Source of the DNA: a virus
Reading direction: 5' to 3' (one strand)
Virus record (IMG/VR): IMGVR_UViG_3300031673_016569
Coordinates: 3,185 to 67,184 of that record
Length of the DNA: 64,000 nt
Both the position numbers and the translations under genes were made by a program. The notes beneath the pieces were generated by a model. It saw only the letters and a list, made by a program, of their open reading frames with translations, was not told the origin of the DNA and searched no databases. How positions within the stretch are numbered: the first letter of the stretch is position 1; each line of letters opens with the position of its first letter. Shown here piece after piece: positions 9,741 through 19,444 of this stretch.

Positions 9741-10594
9741 GCGACCACCGCAATGCTCGGAGGCGCCGTCAGGTCATTCATGCCTTTGCGGTGCGGCTCG
9801 CCGACGAAGTTCAGGACGTTATTGAATTTTGTGTGGCAATCCTCGTCAACCCGTTTCATGCAACCGGCGACTGCGCGATAGGTGTCACCGGGAAGGACGG
9901 GCAATACGAGTGGGATGGCCAGGCCGAAGTGCCCGCCAGCAGCGAAGGTCTTGATTTTGGCGGACAGGCCATTGTTGTTGCCGCTCGTGAACACGATCTC
10001 GCCTTCGTTGAACCATTGCGCGGCCTCCGTGCGGCTACTGTCGGCGAACGTCTGCTCGTTGGTGACGCTGGTGATCGCCCCCGTATAGGTGAACGCCGTG
10101 ACGTCTTTCTTGCAGCGGGCATCCCCGAGCCGCGCGCGGCAGGTTTTGCTGCTCGCGTCGCCCACCGACTGCTGCAGGTATTGGCGAAAGTCGCGCAGCT
10201 CCGCGGTGACGGAATTGCGCAGCAGCGTGAATTCGCCCAAGGTGCCCGAGAGCAGCGTGTCAATGCCGTCGCTGATGCTCGCCCAGTTGTAGCGGAAAAT
10301 GGTAAAGGCGGCGTTGCGCCACTTGCCGCCGAGAATGTCCGCGGTGGTGAATACCGATCCGTCATGCAAGGTGCTGAGCTGCAAGTTTCCCACCGCGGCG
10401 TTGGCGGCGATCACGATGTCGCTCGCGGCGAGGCCCGGCTTCGCGAGATAGGTCACGCCGCCCACCAGGTCGTCGATGTCGTGCGTCGTGAACGCGAACA
10501 CAGCGCCGTCCGCGCGGGTGATTTTCAGGGCGGTTGCGAGAGTGGTGTTGCGCGTCGCAATGTGCGCAGCCAGCGCGCTAGGCAGCGTTTTCAT
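9737..10594 (-). CDS. Tail hub protein (DUF2163/BR0599 family)
   Basis: R.DG....FT.HD, CRARLGDARC, AGC.K....C..KFNN..NF.G.P. Confidence 0.9.
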   Translation of the reverse strand: MKTLPSALAAHIATRNTTLATALKITRADGAVFAFTTHDIDDLVGGVTYLAKPGLAASDIVIAANAAVGNLQLSTLHDGSVFTTADILGGKWRNAAFTIFRYNWASISDGIDTLLSGTLGEFTLLRNSVTAELRDFRQYLQQSVGDASSKTCRARLGDARCKKDVTAFTYTGAITSVTNEQTFADSSRTEAAQWFNEGEIVFTSGNNNGLSAKIKTFAAGGHFGLAIPLVLPVLPGDTYRAVAGCMKRVDEDCHTKFNNVLNFVGEPHRKGMNDLTAPPSIAVVA

Positions 10595-11163
10595 AGGCGC
10601 AGTTCGGTGATGGCGATCGAAGTCCAGTCGTACAGCTCAAAGCTGATCCATTGCGGCATCATCTGGTCGATGTCGAAGCGCACGGGGAAATCGAACTCGC
10701 CCGTCCAGCTTGTCGGCGCGGGGCCAGTTCCCGTCACAATTCCGGTGGTGGTGTCCAGCGAATAAGTGCCGCTGCCGGCGAGTACCACGGTGCCGGCGAC
10801 CGGTTTGGAGATTTTGCGAAAGGTCGTCAGGGCGGCGAAGGTGTATTTTTTGTAAAGCTGCCAGTGGGTGCTGTCGATCGCAACGATCGAACCCTCGCCT
10901 GCGAGCGCCTGATAGTCGTTGAAATTTTTGAACCGGAATCCGTTGTGCATCCCGGCGACGCCGTGGAAAAACGCCAGCAGGTCGTCCAGCTCGGCCTGGT
11001 TGCGCACGCCCTGAATCACGTTGCCCTGGTAGAGCGGCATCGACCAATTCTGGTTATTGACTTCAAACCCGCCGGCGTTGCGCGCGATGCTGGTGGAATA
11101 ACCCGGGCCGAATTGAGAGCCGGCGCCGATCGACTCGGGAAAGCGCGGGGTTTCGATAAACAT
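10591..11163 (-). CDS. Distal tail protein (DUF2460)
   Basis: F.E.RFP...GP.Y.T, FF....G...GFRF, F.FPVRFD.D. Confidence 0.9.
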   Translation of the reverse strand: MFIETPRFPESIGAGSQFGPGYSTSIARNAGGFEVNNQNWSMPLYQGNVIQGVRNQAELDDLLAFFHGVAGMHNGFRFKNFNDYQALAGEGSIVAIDSTHWQLYKKYTFAALTTFRKISKPVAGTVVLAGSGTYSLDTTTGIVTGTGPAPTSWTGEFDFPVRFDIDQMMPQWISFELYDWTSIAITELRL

Positions 11164-13727
11164 CAGTTGTTCCTCGCCATTGCGCGCTGCACGCCGAGGC
11201 CCGCCGCCGCCGCGATCTGCGCCTGCGAGCGCGTGTCGGTCTGGCCGCTAATGGTGAACACGTTGGTCACGGTCACCGCGCCGCCCATCGAGCTGTTTGG
11301 GATGATGTTGCCGGAGGTCGAGGGCACAAACATTTCCGGCCCCTGCTCGCCGACCACGTAAGGGCTGCCAGCGGACACAGGGCCACCGCCCGCTGCAAAG
11401 GCAAGCTCCGCGACCGGCGCCGCTGCCTGGGTGCCAGGCCCGAGAATGTTTCCAAGCCAGGACATCGCGCCGCCAAGGTTGGAAGCAAGTGGGCCGGTAA
11501 TTTGCTGGCGCACCTGAATACGAATAATGTCCGCGATCACCGAGTCCGCGAACGTCTTGAAATTGAGCTTGCCGGTTTGGATGAACGTGACCAGCGCGTC
11601 CTCCATGTTTTTGAAGGCGTCGGTGAAGGCGGTTTTCGCCATCGCTGCGGCGTTGGTCGCGGAGTCCAGGTAGTCGCCGATGGCGTTTTTTGCTCCGTAC
11701 TCGAACGTCCTATTTACCGTCGAGGCCGAGGTTGCGATGTCGTCCAGCCCTTGCCTGAGCGCCGTCGCGCGCTGGATCTGGTCGGGGGTCATAGCCGACT
11801 TGTCGATCTGGTTGAGCGCGTCGAGCTCGATCTGCATCTGCGGGATGAAACTCTGGCGCAGCAGCAATATCCGCTGCCTGCTTTCGTACTCGCTGATGAG
11901 CCCCTGGTTCGCTTGGAGGGTGATCGCCTTTTCCTGATTGCCGAGGTCGGCCTGCGAGCGCCCGAACGCCGTCGTCACGTCGGCAAGCTGCGCGGTAATG
12001 AGGCCCGTCCGGATCAGGTCGTTCGCGATCTCGAGCCCGGCCGTGTCGCTATTGGCCGTCATTTTGTTGAGCTCATCGGTCCATTGCTTGTCCAGGCCGA
12101 CCAGGTACGCTTCGGTCGCCTTGCCTTCCCCGGTGAGCATCTGCTGCTCCATGGTGTTGCGGTCGAGGGTGTATTTGCGCCAGGCGTCGGTGGCGTCCTG
12201 CGCCGTTTTTGCGGAGATCCGTGATTCTTCTTCCATCGCGACGTTCAGCTCGCCCTGCACCTTGACGACCTTCGCCATAGCCGTGTACCTGGCCGCTGGA
12301 TTGGCTGCCGAGTCGACGCTTTTCTGGCCTGCCGCGAGTTCCCTTTGGAAGGTCGCTATCCTGGAATCGGCAGCCTGGTGTTCGAGCACGTCGCGCGCCG
12401 CGTAATAGGTCTGATAGCTGACCATGTTGTGCGCGAGCGCCTGATCGAGCAAAAGCTGCGCGCTCGCGATTCCGGCTTGCATCGTCTTGTCCAGCGCATC
12501 CTGCTGCGCCGTTACATAGGCTGCAAAAGCGGCGGCGTTCTTGCCGGCTTGCAACCCTCCGGTGGCATCGAAATTCGCCTGCGGCTTCGCGGGTGCCGGA
12601 CCGCCCTCCGTGGCCTTGAACACGTCCGCGGCCTTTCGCAACGCGATCTTGGCCGCAACCGCCCGTGTGAAGGCGGTCGTGTCCATGTTGTAGAGCGCGG
12701 CCATTTTCTGATTCGCCTCGACCGTCAGCTTCTCTTGGTCGTCCAGCAATTCCTTGTAGGCCGCGTCGCCTTCCTTCTTCGTGAGCCCGCCCGGCGTCAG
12801 GAAGGAGGCGATGATCGCGAGGTGCTTCGGCAGCAATTCCAAATCTGCGTCGGCCGCCTTGAAGCTCGACATGATCACGTCAAGCATCATGGGGATGGTT
12901 TTGAGGACGTCGATCAAGCGCGCCGCGCCCATCGCCGCCGCATCGGCCCAGCTCGTGATCGAGCCGTCCGCAGCGAGCGCCTTCGTCTCGCCCCCGAGTG
13001 AATCCGCCTCTTTGGCGCTGTCTGTCAATGCCGTAATGAACGACTGCATCGAGGGCAGCGCCGCGCTCACGACGGTATTCCAGAGGATGGTTGTCTGCTG
13101 ATTGAGCAACGCGACCTGGAGCGCGTATTCCTTGGCAGCCTCGGCCTGGGCCTTGGTAGTGGTCGCCTCGACGGGGCCAAGCTCCACCAGCGCCCTCATC
13201 GCCGGCAACTGCTCCGCGCCCGCTTTGCCCATTAACGCGACCGCAATGGCGGTCTTGCCTGCTCCGTCGGCGTAGCCGTAGAGCTGCTGCGCGATCTCGC
13301 GATAGAGCACCGATGGCGCTTTGAGGTTGCCCGCCGCGTCCTTGGCCGACAAGCCCAGGAACGCCAGCGCCTGGGTGGCAGGCTTGGTGATGTTGGCCGA
13401 TGTACTTTCGGCTTGGCTCAATTTGGTGAGTGCGATCGTCACGCTGTCAATATCGCCACCCGAGAGCCCGGCAAAGAACTGCAACTGCGAAAGCGCCTCG
13501 ATACTGGCCCCGGTTTTCTCAGAGGCCTGCTGCAGCTTGTCCATGCCGTCGGCGACCGAGTTGATTTTTTCGAGCAGCATCGTCGCGGAAAACCCCACGC
13601 CGATGGCGCCGAGCATGTGTTCGATGTTTTTCACGGCGTCGCCCACAATGCTCTGGGATTTCGCCATATCGGTCGTGAGCTGCGCCATGTTGGCTAACAT
13701 TTGGATCTCGAGCGTGCCAGCGATCAT
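11163..13727 (-). CDS. Tape measure protein
   Basis: 854 aa, Ala-rich and helical; C-terminal F..M.DAL..F..TGKLNF and GGPV..G.PY.VGE.GPE.F.P. Confidence 0.92.
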   Translation of the reverse strand: MIAGTLEIQMLANMAQLTTDMAKSQSIVGDAVKNIEHMLGAIGVGFSATMLLEKINSVADGMDKLQQASEKTGASIEALSQLQFFAGLSGGDIDSVTIALTKLSQAESTSANITKPATQALAFLGLSAKDAAGNLKAPSVLYREIAQQLYGYADGAGKTAIAVALMGKAGAEQLPAMRALVELGPVEATTTKAQAEAAKEYALQVALLNQQTTILWNTVVSAALPSMQSFITALTDSAKEADSLGGETKALAADGSITSWADAAAMGAARLIDVLKTIPMMLDVIMSSFKAADADLELLPKHLAIIASFLTPGGLTKKEGDAAYKELLDDQEKLTVEANQKMAALYNMDTTAFTRAVAAKIALRKAADVFKATEGGPAPAKPQANFDATGGLQAGKNAAAFAAYVTAQQDALDKTMQAGIASAQLLLDQALAHNMVSYQTYYAARDVLEHQAADSRIATFQRELAAGQKSVDSAANPAARYTAMAKVVKVQGELNVAMEEESRISAKTAQDATDAWRKYTLDRNTMEQQMLTGEGKATEAYLVGLDKQWTDELNKMTANSDTAGLEIANDLIRTGLITAQLADVTTAFGRSQADLGNQEKAITLQANQGLISEYESRQRILLLRQSFIPQMQIELDALNQIDKSAMTPDQIQRATALRQGLDDIATSASTVNRTFEYGAKNAIGDYLDSATNAAAMAKTAFTDAFKNMEDALVTFIQTGKLNFKTFADSVIADIIRIQVRQQITGPLASNLGGAMSWLGNILGPGTQAAAPVAELAFAAGGGPVSAGSPYVVGEQGPEMFVPSTSGNIIPNSSMGGAVTVTNVFTISGQTDTRSQAQIAAAAGLGVQRAMARNN

Positions 13728-14212
13728 TTTTTACCCCTTGCGGCCATTGCGCGAATCGAGTGCAGCATCCTGTCGGCTACCGAGGAGAGATCCACCGCGC
13801 GCGCGGCGGCGGCGCTCCACGGCTGCGGACAGTCTGCCTTTTCCGCGTCACGCATCCCGACGATGTAGTCCATGGATAGTTGCCTCAACAGCCGCGCCTC
13901 CCACGGCTGCAGCCGCACCCCGGTGTTGCTTTGCCAGGCGCGGATTTCCTCATGCGTGAGGGGCCCGAGCCCCATCCCGGCGACCATCGTCGGCCCCATG
14001 TCCCACAGGTAGGCCACGAGATAGTCGGCACCGTCCACGCTCGGCAACTCGGGCACGTAGAACTCGTCCTTGCGATCTGCTCGCATCTGTTCGAGGCGCG
14101 AGAGCCGCCGGGCGGTCGAGCGGTCGTTCTTCCCGCGTTCAGGCGACGTATTCAGCCAGGCTCGTTGACGCACATGGATCGCTAGTTCGTCGTAGAGCCC
14201 TGCGTAAAATTT
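13724..14212 (-). CDS. Tail assembly chaperone, -1 frameshift extension (gpGT-like)
   Basis: Open -1 frame FYAGLYDELAIHVRQRAWL...EI.AW...TG..L.PWE is entered at the slippery site. Confidence 0.8.
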   Translation of the reverse strand, partial: KFYAGLYDELAIHVRQRAWLNTSPERGKNDRSTARRLSRLEQMRADRKDEFYVPELPSVDGADYLVAYLWDMGPTMVAGMGLGPLTHEEIRAWQSNTGVRLQPWEARLLRQLSMDYIVGMRDAEKADCPQPWSAAAARAVDLSSVADRMLHSIRAMAARGKK

Positions 14213-14613
14213 GCGGTTTCGTTCATGTAGGCCATCACCTGGGTCGCGATGAACGAAAGCCGCGTGTTGGCGTAGATCTCCGCGAAAAACGTCGCGCCGG
14301 TTGCCCCGGTGTCGCTTTCCGCGTTCTCTATTTCCTTGGTGCACGCGACGAGGAACTCGGTTTGATCCAGCGCCTTTTCCTCGGCGGATTGATCAGCCTT
14401 GCCCTTGCGCTCGCGGTGTTTGAGCCAGCGCGCGGCCTTGGCCGACATCGCCATCGCGTACTGCTTCGAGCCCGGCCCGTAGACATGCACCCGGATGGGT
14501 TTCGACAGATCGGGCTTGCCATCTGCATCGGCCGCATACATCGGCGCGTCCGCGGCATCGCGCAAGTGCACGATTCCGATCTCCTGCATTTCGTATTGTT
14601 TGAGGGTTGACAT
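14182..14613 (-). CDS. Tail assembly chaperone (gpG-like)
   Basis: HLRDA...P.Y....V.GPGSK.Y; lies between major tail and tape measure genes. Confidence 0.82.
   Translation of the reverse strand: MSTLKQYEMQEIGIVHLRDAADAPMYAADADGKPDLSKPIRVHVYGPGSKQYAMAMSAKAARWLKHRERKGKADQSAEEKALDQTEFLVACTKEIENAESDTGATGATFFAEIYANTRLSFIATQVMAYMNETANFTQGSTTN
14206..14212 (-). other. Programmed -1 frameshift heptamer A AAT TTT
   Basis: X XXY YYZ heptamer in frame near the chaperone 3' end; a -1 shift joins the next ORF upstream of the tape measure gene. Confidence 0.82.
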
Positions 14614-14666
14614 TCAGGTTCTCCAAAGTGAAAGGTGAAAGAGCCGGTTGTTGCCGGGAATTCGTC

Positions 14667-15131
14667 TTACGTCGCCGCAACGACGACGGGCTGCTTGTCC
14701 AGATCGAGCGCGACAGTGACGCGCTGGATGTTGTCCACCGTGCCATCGACGTGAACGAAGCTCGTGACCAGCGCCGAAATGTAATGAACCTCGCCGCTCG
14801 GGTAGACCATCCTGAAAGCGAGGGGATTGTTCGTCTCTACCGCCGTGCGCAGGATGGCCTGCCCTGCGTCTGACGGCACGTTGCCGATCTTGAGCGACAT
14901 CTGGCCGTAATCCTTCGAGCCGGGCCGCTTGACCACCACGGCGGTGTCCACGGGAATGAACTTGGTCACCGTTCGCGTCAAGCCGTGGTCGCCGTAGTCC
15001 TCGACCTCGCCGATGAGCGTGTAGATCATGCTGCTCGCGGCGTAGCCGCCGGCGTCGAAGGTCGCGGGGAGGGTAGCGGAAACAGCCAGCGTTGCGCCGG
15101 CCAATGATTGAACTGTGGTTGGTGCAGTCAT
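14667..15131 (-). CDS. Major tail tube protein
   Basis: AG..L.VSA..PATFD..GY......IGEV...G.HG...K..GS.D.G; AAAGGAAA RBS. Confidence 0.85.
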   Translation of the reverse strand: MTAPTTVQSLAGATLAVSATLPATFDAGGYAASSMIYTLIGEVEDYGDHGLTRTVTKFIPVDTAVVVKRPGSKDYGQMSLKIGNVPSDAGQAILRTAVETNNPLAFRMVYPSGEVHYISALVTSFVHVDGTVDNIQRVTVALDLDKQPVVVAAT

Positions 15132-15154
15132 GGCGTTTTCCTTTCAGTTGGCAT

Positions 15155-15187
15155 AAAAAAACCCGCCGGCAACATTTGCGGGGCGGG
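15155..15187 (-). terminator. Intrinsic-terminator-like hairpin in the late operon
   Basis: Minus strand CCCGCC...GGCGGG followed by T7. Confidence 0.5.
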
Positions 15188-15226
15188 CAGGTTGGAGAAA
15201 CAGGCGCGGCCTGTTCCAGCAATTCG

Positions 15227-15634
15227 CTAAGTTGACTCGATGAATTTGACGATGAAGTCCCGGCTCTGCACGAAAATCAGCAGGTCGTCGTCGCGCAGGT
15301 CCGGCCCGGCGATCTCCGGCAGGATGCTGTCTACCGCGATGCCGTTGACGGTGCCGTGGGTGTTCGGGCAGGCTTTGCGCACGAGTTCAAGGATCGACTT
15401 CTGATCGGCGTAGCTTTTGGTTTGCACCGTCACCTGGACGCGCTCGGTCGCCATGACCTCTGCGCTATTCATGGCAACGGTGTTGCGCTCGACGGTGCTG
15501 ATGTGGCTGATCCCGATGGCGGGCAGCACCGTGTCGATCGGGATCACCCCGGCCATGATCTTGCTCGCCGGCACGACCGCAAGCACGGCGGCATCGTTCG
15601 CGAGGAGCGATCGGATCGCGATGACCCCGCTCAT
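15227..15634 (-). CDS. Tail terminator or completion protein (DUF3168-like)
   Basis: LPAI....IS...RVQV.V...Y; position. Confidence 0.75.
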   Translation of the reverse strand: MSGVIAIRSLLANDAAVLAVVPASKIMAGVIPIDTVLPAIGISHISTVERNTVAMNSAEVMATERVQVTVQTKSYADQKSILELVRKACPNTHGTVNGIAVDSILPEIAGPDLRDDDLLIFVQSRDFIVKFIEST

Positions 15635-15668
15635 GGCGGCGTTTCCTGCTGCTCATAATTCCAGGTCA

Positions 15669-16226
15669 TTATTCGTCGCCCTCAATGAGTATTTCCGCGG
15701 TGTCGAGCCCTTCCTTTTTGGCAAGACGCGTTTTCATGTACTCGGCTGCGGCGATCACCGCCGGCTCGCCCTGGCTGTCCAGGGCCGGGCGCAGGAACGG
15801 GTGCGCTTTCATCCCCGGGTGGTGCACGGACTGATAGAGCAGCCCACCGATTGAGAGCGCGGCCTTGCCTTTGGCCGAAATGGTGTGCGGCACCGCCCCG
15901 GTAAATTCGATGATGTTCGCGTACCAGACATCTGCGCCCCCTTTCGTCTTTCCGCCGACGACCACCCGCGCCATGACGTAGGGCCGGCTGATTTTCGTTC
16001 CAATGTGGATGCTGTCGCGCAGCGCGCCAGCATAGTCGCCGTACTTCGCGGCGCCGCTAGAGCTTGGCGCACCGACCGGCACGTTCGCCTGCGCCTCCGC
16101 CATGATGAGCTTGGCGCCGGCGCGAAGCGCGCCGCGCATCACGTTCAATTCCAGCTTGGGCGGCAGGGTGTCGAGGAGCGCCTGCAATTGCGCAAGGCCA
16201 GTGACTTTAATCTCCCGATCGGCCAT
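15669..16226 (-). CDS. HK97 gp10-family protein
   Basis: V.GL..L...L..LP...RGALRAGA...G.LRDSI...HPG....PFLRPA; start set at ATG 16226. Confidence 0.85.
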   Translation of the reverse strand: MADREIKVTGLAQLQALLDTLPPKLELNVMRGALRAGAKLIMAEAQANVPVGAPSSSGAAKYGDYAGALRDSIHIGTKISRPYVMARVVVGGKTKGGADVWYANIIEFTGAVPHTISAKGKAALSIGGLLYQSVHHPGMKAHPFLRPALDSQGEPAVIAAAEYMKTRLAKKEGLDTAEILIEGDE

Positions 16227-16228
16227 TA

Positions 16229-16627
16229 TCAGCTCGAGTATTTTTCGCACATCATTTCGAGCATCCTGCGCCGGCCACGGATCTCGGCCGGGCCGCCGAC
16301 GATCTGGTAGATGACGTCGGTGTCGCCGTGCACAGTGATGCGCATAGACGAGTCGATGTCGTTGCGCCAGCGAATCCTGATGCGGGTTTGGTTTCGCGCC
16401 ACGGCGAGCCCCTGCAGCACTGACTCCGATCTGCTCGGCAGAGCGTCCTGCACTTCCGCGTGGAACTGCTCGGCCAGCGGCGGGCTCCCGGGCAACACGG
16501 CGAGCGGCACCCAAGTGATTACTTCGGTTCCGTAGTCCGCGTCCTGCGTGACCTGCTTTCGCTCAATGGTGATCAAGCGGTCTAGGGTTCCGGCGGCCAC
16601 GCGCACCCCTGCCCCAGAGCCGATCAT
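16229..16627 (-). CDS. Head closure (head-tail joining) protein
   Basis: AG.LDR.ITIE....D..YG.....W, IRIRWR.DI...MR; ATGA overlap with the TylF-like gene stop. Confidence 0.85.
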   Translation of the reverse strand: MIGSGAGVRVAAGTLDRLITIERKQVTQDADYGTEVITWVPLAVLPGSPPLAEQFHAEVQDALPSRSESVLQGLAVARNQTRIRIRWRNDIDSSMRITVHGDTDVIYQIVGGPAEIRGRRRMLEMMCEKYSS

Positions 16628-17157
16628 GGCGCGATCCAGTAGCACTGCATCGTGTCGGCGCAATCGACGACATGAAGGCCGGCCGCCTCGATCGCTTTCG
16701 CAACGCCTGGACAGTTCTGCCAGCGATAATCGTCGAACACGGCGATGCCGCCCGAGGCCATGCGCGGGCGCAGCCATACGATCGCGTCGGCGGTGCTTTT
16801 TTCAAGGTCCATGTCGACGTGCGCGAAGCTGACGCGCTTGTCGAAGGCCTCGGCGGACTGCGGGAACAGGCCGGCGATCAGCGCCACGTTGGCGGGCATC
16901 GCGTCTTTGACCGCGGCAAGCGATGTGTTTGCGAACTCGCCCGGCTTGTGGAAGTCGATTTCGCGCCAGGACTCTTTCGGCAACCCCTCGAACGTGTCGA
17001 ACCCATAGCACCGCTTTTCCGGGAAGTCGCCCGCCAGTGCTTTCAACGCGCCGCCCTGGTAGACCCCAAGCTCGACGATGCAGCCGGCGACGGGCCGAAC
17101 GCTCTCAGCCAAGCGCAACAGGGACGCGAGCTTTTTCGGTGTGAGCAGAATTTCCAT
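16624..17157 (-). CDS. TylF/MycF/NovP-like sugar O-methyltransferase
   Basis: G.IVELGVY.GG, YGFDTFEGLP, G.F..S, FAHVD.D...S, GG...FDDY...CPGV. Confidence 0.88.
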   Translation of the reverse strand: MEILLTPKKLASLLRLAESVRPVAGCIVELGVYQGGALKALAGDFPEKRCYGFDTFEGLPKESWREIDFHKPGEFANTSLAAVKDAMPANVALIAGLFPQSAEAFDKRVSFAHVDMDLEKSTADAIVWLRPRMASGGIAVFDDYRWQNCPGVAKAIEAAGLHVVDCADTMQCYWIAP

Positions 17158-18088
17158 GATGCTCCGCTATGAAAGTTTCGATCCGCGCGAGTGCGGCCGG
17201 AATGTCGATGCTCTTGTCGTGAGTGCAGTCCGGCGACCAGCACGAGCACGGCTTCACCGGCTCGATTGGTAGCCAAGGCGAATACCTGCCGCCCGCCGAA
17301 AACGATTCCTTGCCCTCGAAGCCGCCGAAGATGCAGATAAGCGGCGTGCTCACGGCCTGCGCGAGCACCGTCATGAATCCGGGCGACGCGAAAACCAGGT
17401 CGACCTTTGCGGTGAGCGCAGCGATGGTTTCCACGTCAAGCTCGCCGTGGTGAAATTCGGCGTCAGCTTTGAACGGTGGCCCGATCAGGTGTTCGCTCAC
17501 CATCGTCATATCGGCCAGGCTGATCACGAAGTACCGGTCGCGGATTGCGCAGAGGAGTGCGTGCGATGCCGCCAGGTCTGGATTGCGTGCGATCTTCGCT
17601 TGGGCTGATACCCGGTTCGCTTCTGAAATAGCTACCGGCGGGCGGTAGATCATCAGCGGCCTGCCGTCGCCTAACTCCATGAGCACGGCGTCCGCCTTCA
17701 CGGCCCACGCGGGTGCGATTGGCAGACGGAAGTCGCCCACCGCCGCCGCGCCGCACACGTTCGCCATTGTCCCAAGCACCGATCCGTGAAATTGCACTCC
17801 ACGCGGCATACGGTGCAAGTAGCCGTTCGTCAGCGTCCGCGCGCCAGGTGGCGGCAGCGTGCGCCCGTACAGCGCGACGGTGCGTTGCTCGTTTTTCGCC
17901 ATCCAGCCAATCGGCGACTTCAATGGCAGCAGATGCAGCTCGGGCATGTCCCAAAAGAGTTGCGGCCAGGACGTTTTCAGCCAGACCTCGTTTTGACGCA
18001 TCAACTCGCGCACGATGGCGCGCTCGTGCAGGTTGTCACCCAGGCCGTGCATCCCGTTAAGGACGAGCGGCGGCAAAGGGGAGGGCAT
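17105..18088 (-). CDS. GT9 (heptosyltransferase)-like glycosyltransferase
   Basis: N-terminal HGLGD; C-terminal AL....DLV....G....LAQAV.TP.ICIFGG and PC.C...C cluster. Confidence 0.72.
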   Translation of the reverse strand: MPSPLPPLVLNGMHGLGDNLHERAIVRELMRQNEVWLKTSWPQLFWDMPELHLLPLKSPIGWMAKNEQRTVALYGRTLPPPGARTLTNGYLHRMPRGVQFHGSVLGTMANVCGAAAVGDFRLPIAPAWAVKADAVLMELGDGRPLMIYRPPVAISEANRVSAQAKIARNPDLAASHALLCAIRDRYFVISLADMTMVSEHLIGPPFKADAEFHHGELDVETIAALTAKVDLVFASPGFMTVLAQAVSTPLICIFGGFEGKESFSAGGRYSPWLPIEPVKPCSCWSPDCTHDKSIDIPAALARIETFIAEHHGNSAHTEKARVPVALG

Positions 18089-18746
18089 CGCTTAACTCCA
18101 ATTTTGGAAAGCTGTCGATGGCCGAGCCCGGCGAGCAGTTGAGCACCCGCACACCGGCTGCCTTGATTGCGTTCTCGCCCGCCGAGAAGGCTTTTCGGTA
18201 TTCGGCATAAGCCGCGACGGGCTCACGTTTCGGATGGTCGCCGAACCAATGCGTTTTGCCGGTGGGCTCTCGCGCATCGAATCCGAGCAAGACCACCGTC
18301 TTGGCGCCGGCCAGGACGGCGATGTTGAGTGCCTGGTAGCCCGAGTTGCTGCCGGTGACGATCTTTTTCGGGTCGAGCGACAATCCGAAGCCATGGCCCC
18401 GGCCATTGGCGTTGCGCAGTATGTGCACCGCCGGATCCCTGATGTTCGCGCCGCTGTCGGAGATCGAGCATTTTTGCCCGGCGAACGACTGAAAGTCCGG
18501 ACGGTCCTTGTGCCAGCCCCACCATTCCGAATCGGCGAAGTAGCACACGTCGGCGAACGGCGCCAGGCGGTAGGCGTCGTTGATTGCGATCACGCGCACC
18601 GCGCCGGCCTCGCGCGCCTCGCGCACCTGCTCGACCTGCTCCACGGTCAGACTCGGCCCGCCTCCGATCAGCACCGCCGTCGTTTTGTCCCATTCCCGCG
18701 CGACTTCGCTAAACGAGGAGCCGGGCCCCCGGCGCAAGACGCTCAC
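18057..18746 (-). CDS. Maf/DUF115 (MptE-like) putative glycosyltransferase
   Basis: AVLIGGGPSL, VIAIND, D..YF.D, NSG..A..IA...GA..VVLLGFD, HWFG, V.NCS..S.I..F. Confidence 0.7.
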   Translation of the reverse strand: MSVLRRGPGSSFSEVAREWDKTTAVLIGGGPSLTVEQVEQVREAREAGAVRVIAINDAYRLAPFADVCYFADSEWWGWHKDRPDFQSFAGQKCSISDSGANIRDPAVHILRNANGRGHGFGLSLDPKKIVTGSNSGYQALNIAVLAGAKTVVLLGFDAREPTGKTHWFGDHPKREPVAAYAEYRKAFSAGENAIKAAGVRVLNCSPGSAIDSFPKLELSDALPFAAARP

Positions 18747-19444
18747 GCGATCGACAGATCGGCGCGCTCCGGCTTGACGATCTGCTGCGCAACATCGAGC
18801 AGCAGCGGCATCATCACCGGGTCGCGGTCATAATTGGCTTCCGCCCACAGCTTCATGGCCTGCTTGAAGCGCGTCGGCACGACGCTCGCATCCTGTTGCG
18901 GACTGCCGAGACGATTGGCAAACCCGGCTCGGAACGTCACCCGGAAGCCCGCGAAAATACCGGTTGTCGGCCAGGAAATTCCGTTCAAGGGAACCAGGCG
19001 CGGCCACTTCGAATTTGCCTCGCGCAGCTCATAGGTCGCAGGGTCAATCTCCGTCTCGACGCCGGCCTGATCGACCGACACGAAGGAAGTCAGCGCGATG
19101 ATCGGGGCTTTGCGCAGCATGATTTCGCCGGATCTCATCCAATGGAGCCAGTCGCGCTCGCCGAACCAGCCACGTCCGAAGCCGAGGCCTGGCGTGTAGC
19201 CCGAAACGCGATCACCCCCGATGGAGTAGCCGCCCAGGCGGCTCCCGAGCGTCAGGCGCCAGGTCTGGTCGATCAGCGCGCGGGCGGTGTAATCCTCGAC
19301 CCATTCGCGCGCGGCAACGATCAGCGTCGTGATGTCGTCATCTTCATCGGTGACGGTCATGAAACAGCGCAGGTGCCGCTTCATTTCATCGAGGGTCACC
19401 GGCTCGATGTCCGGTTGGGTTACACGTTCAAGCGTGAAGTTCAT
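18743..19444 (-). CDS. Head-tail connector (gp6-like adaptor)
   Basis: P..EPVTL.E.K.HLR....EDD.I..LI.AARE.VE.YT.RALI.QTW, V.F.AG, VP...KQA. Confidence 0.9.
   Translation of the reverse strand: MNFTLERVTQPDIEPVTLDEMKRHLRCFMTVTDEDDDITTLIVAAREWVEDYTARALIDQTWRLTLGSRLGGYSIGGDRVSGYTPGLGFGRGWFGERDWLHWMRSGEIMLRKAPIIALTSFVSVDQAGVETEIDPATYELREANSKWPRLVPLNGISWPTTGIFAGFRVTFRAGFANRLGSPQQDASVVPTRFKQAMKLWAEANYDRDPVMMPLLLDVAQQIVKPERADLSIA

Noticed and set aside
6271-11163. Gene transfer agent
   Set aside because: The tail tip is GTA-like, but the element has an integrase, replication genes, HNH, P27-type TerS and an att site.
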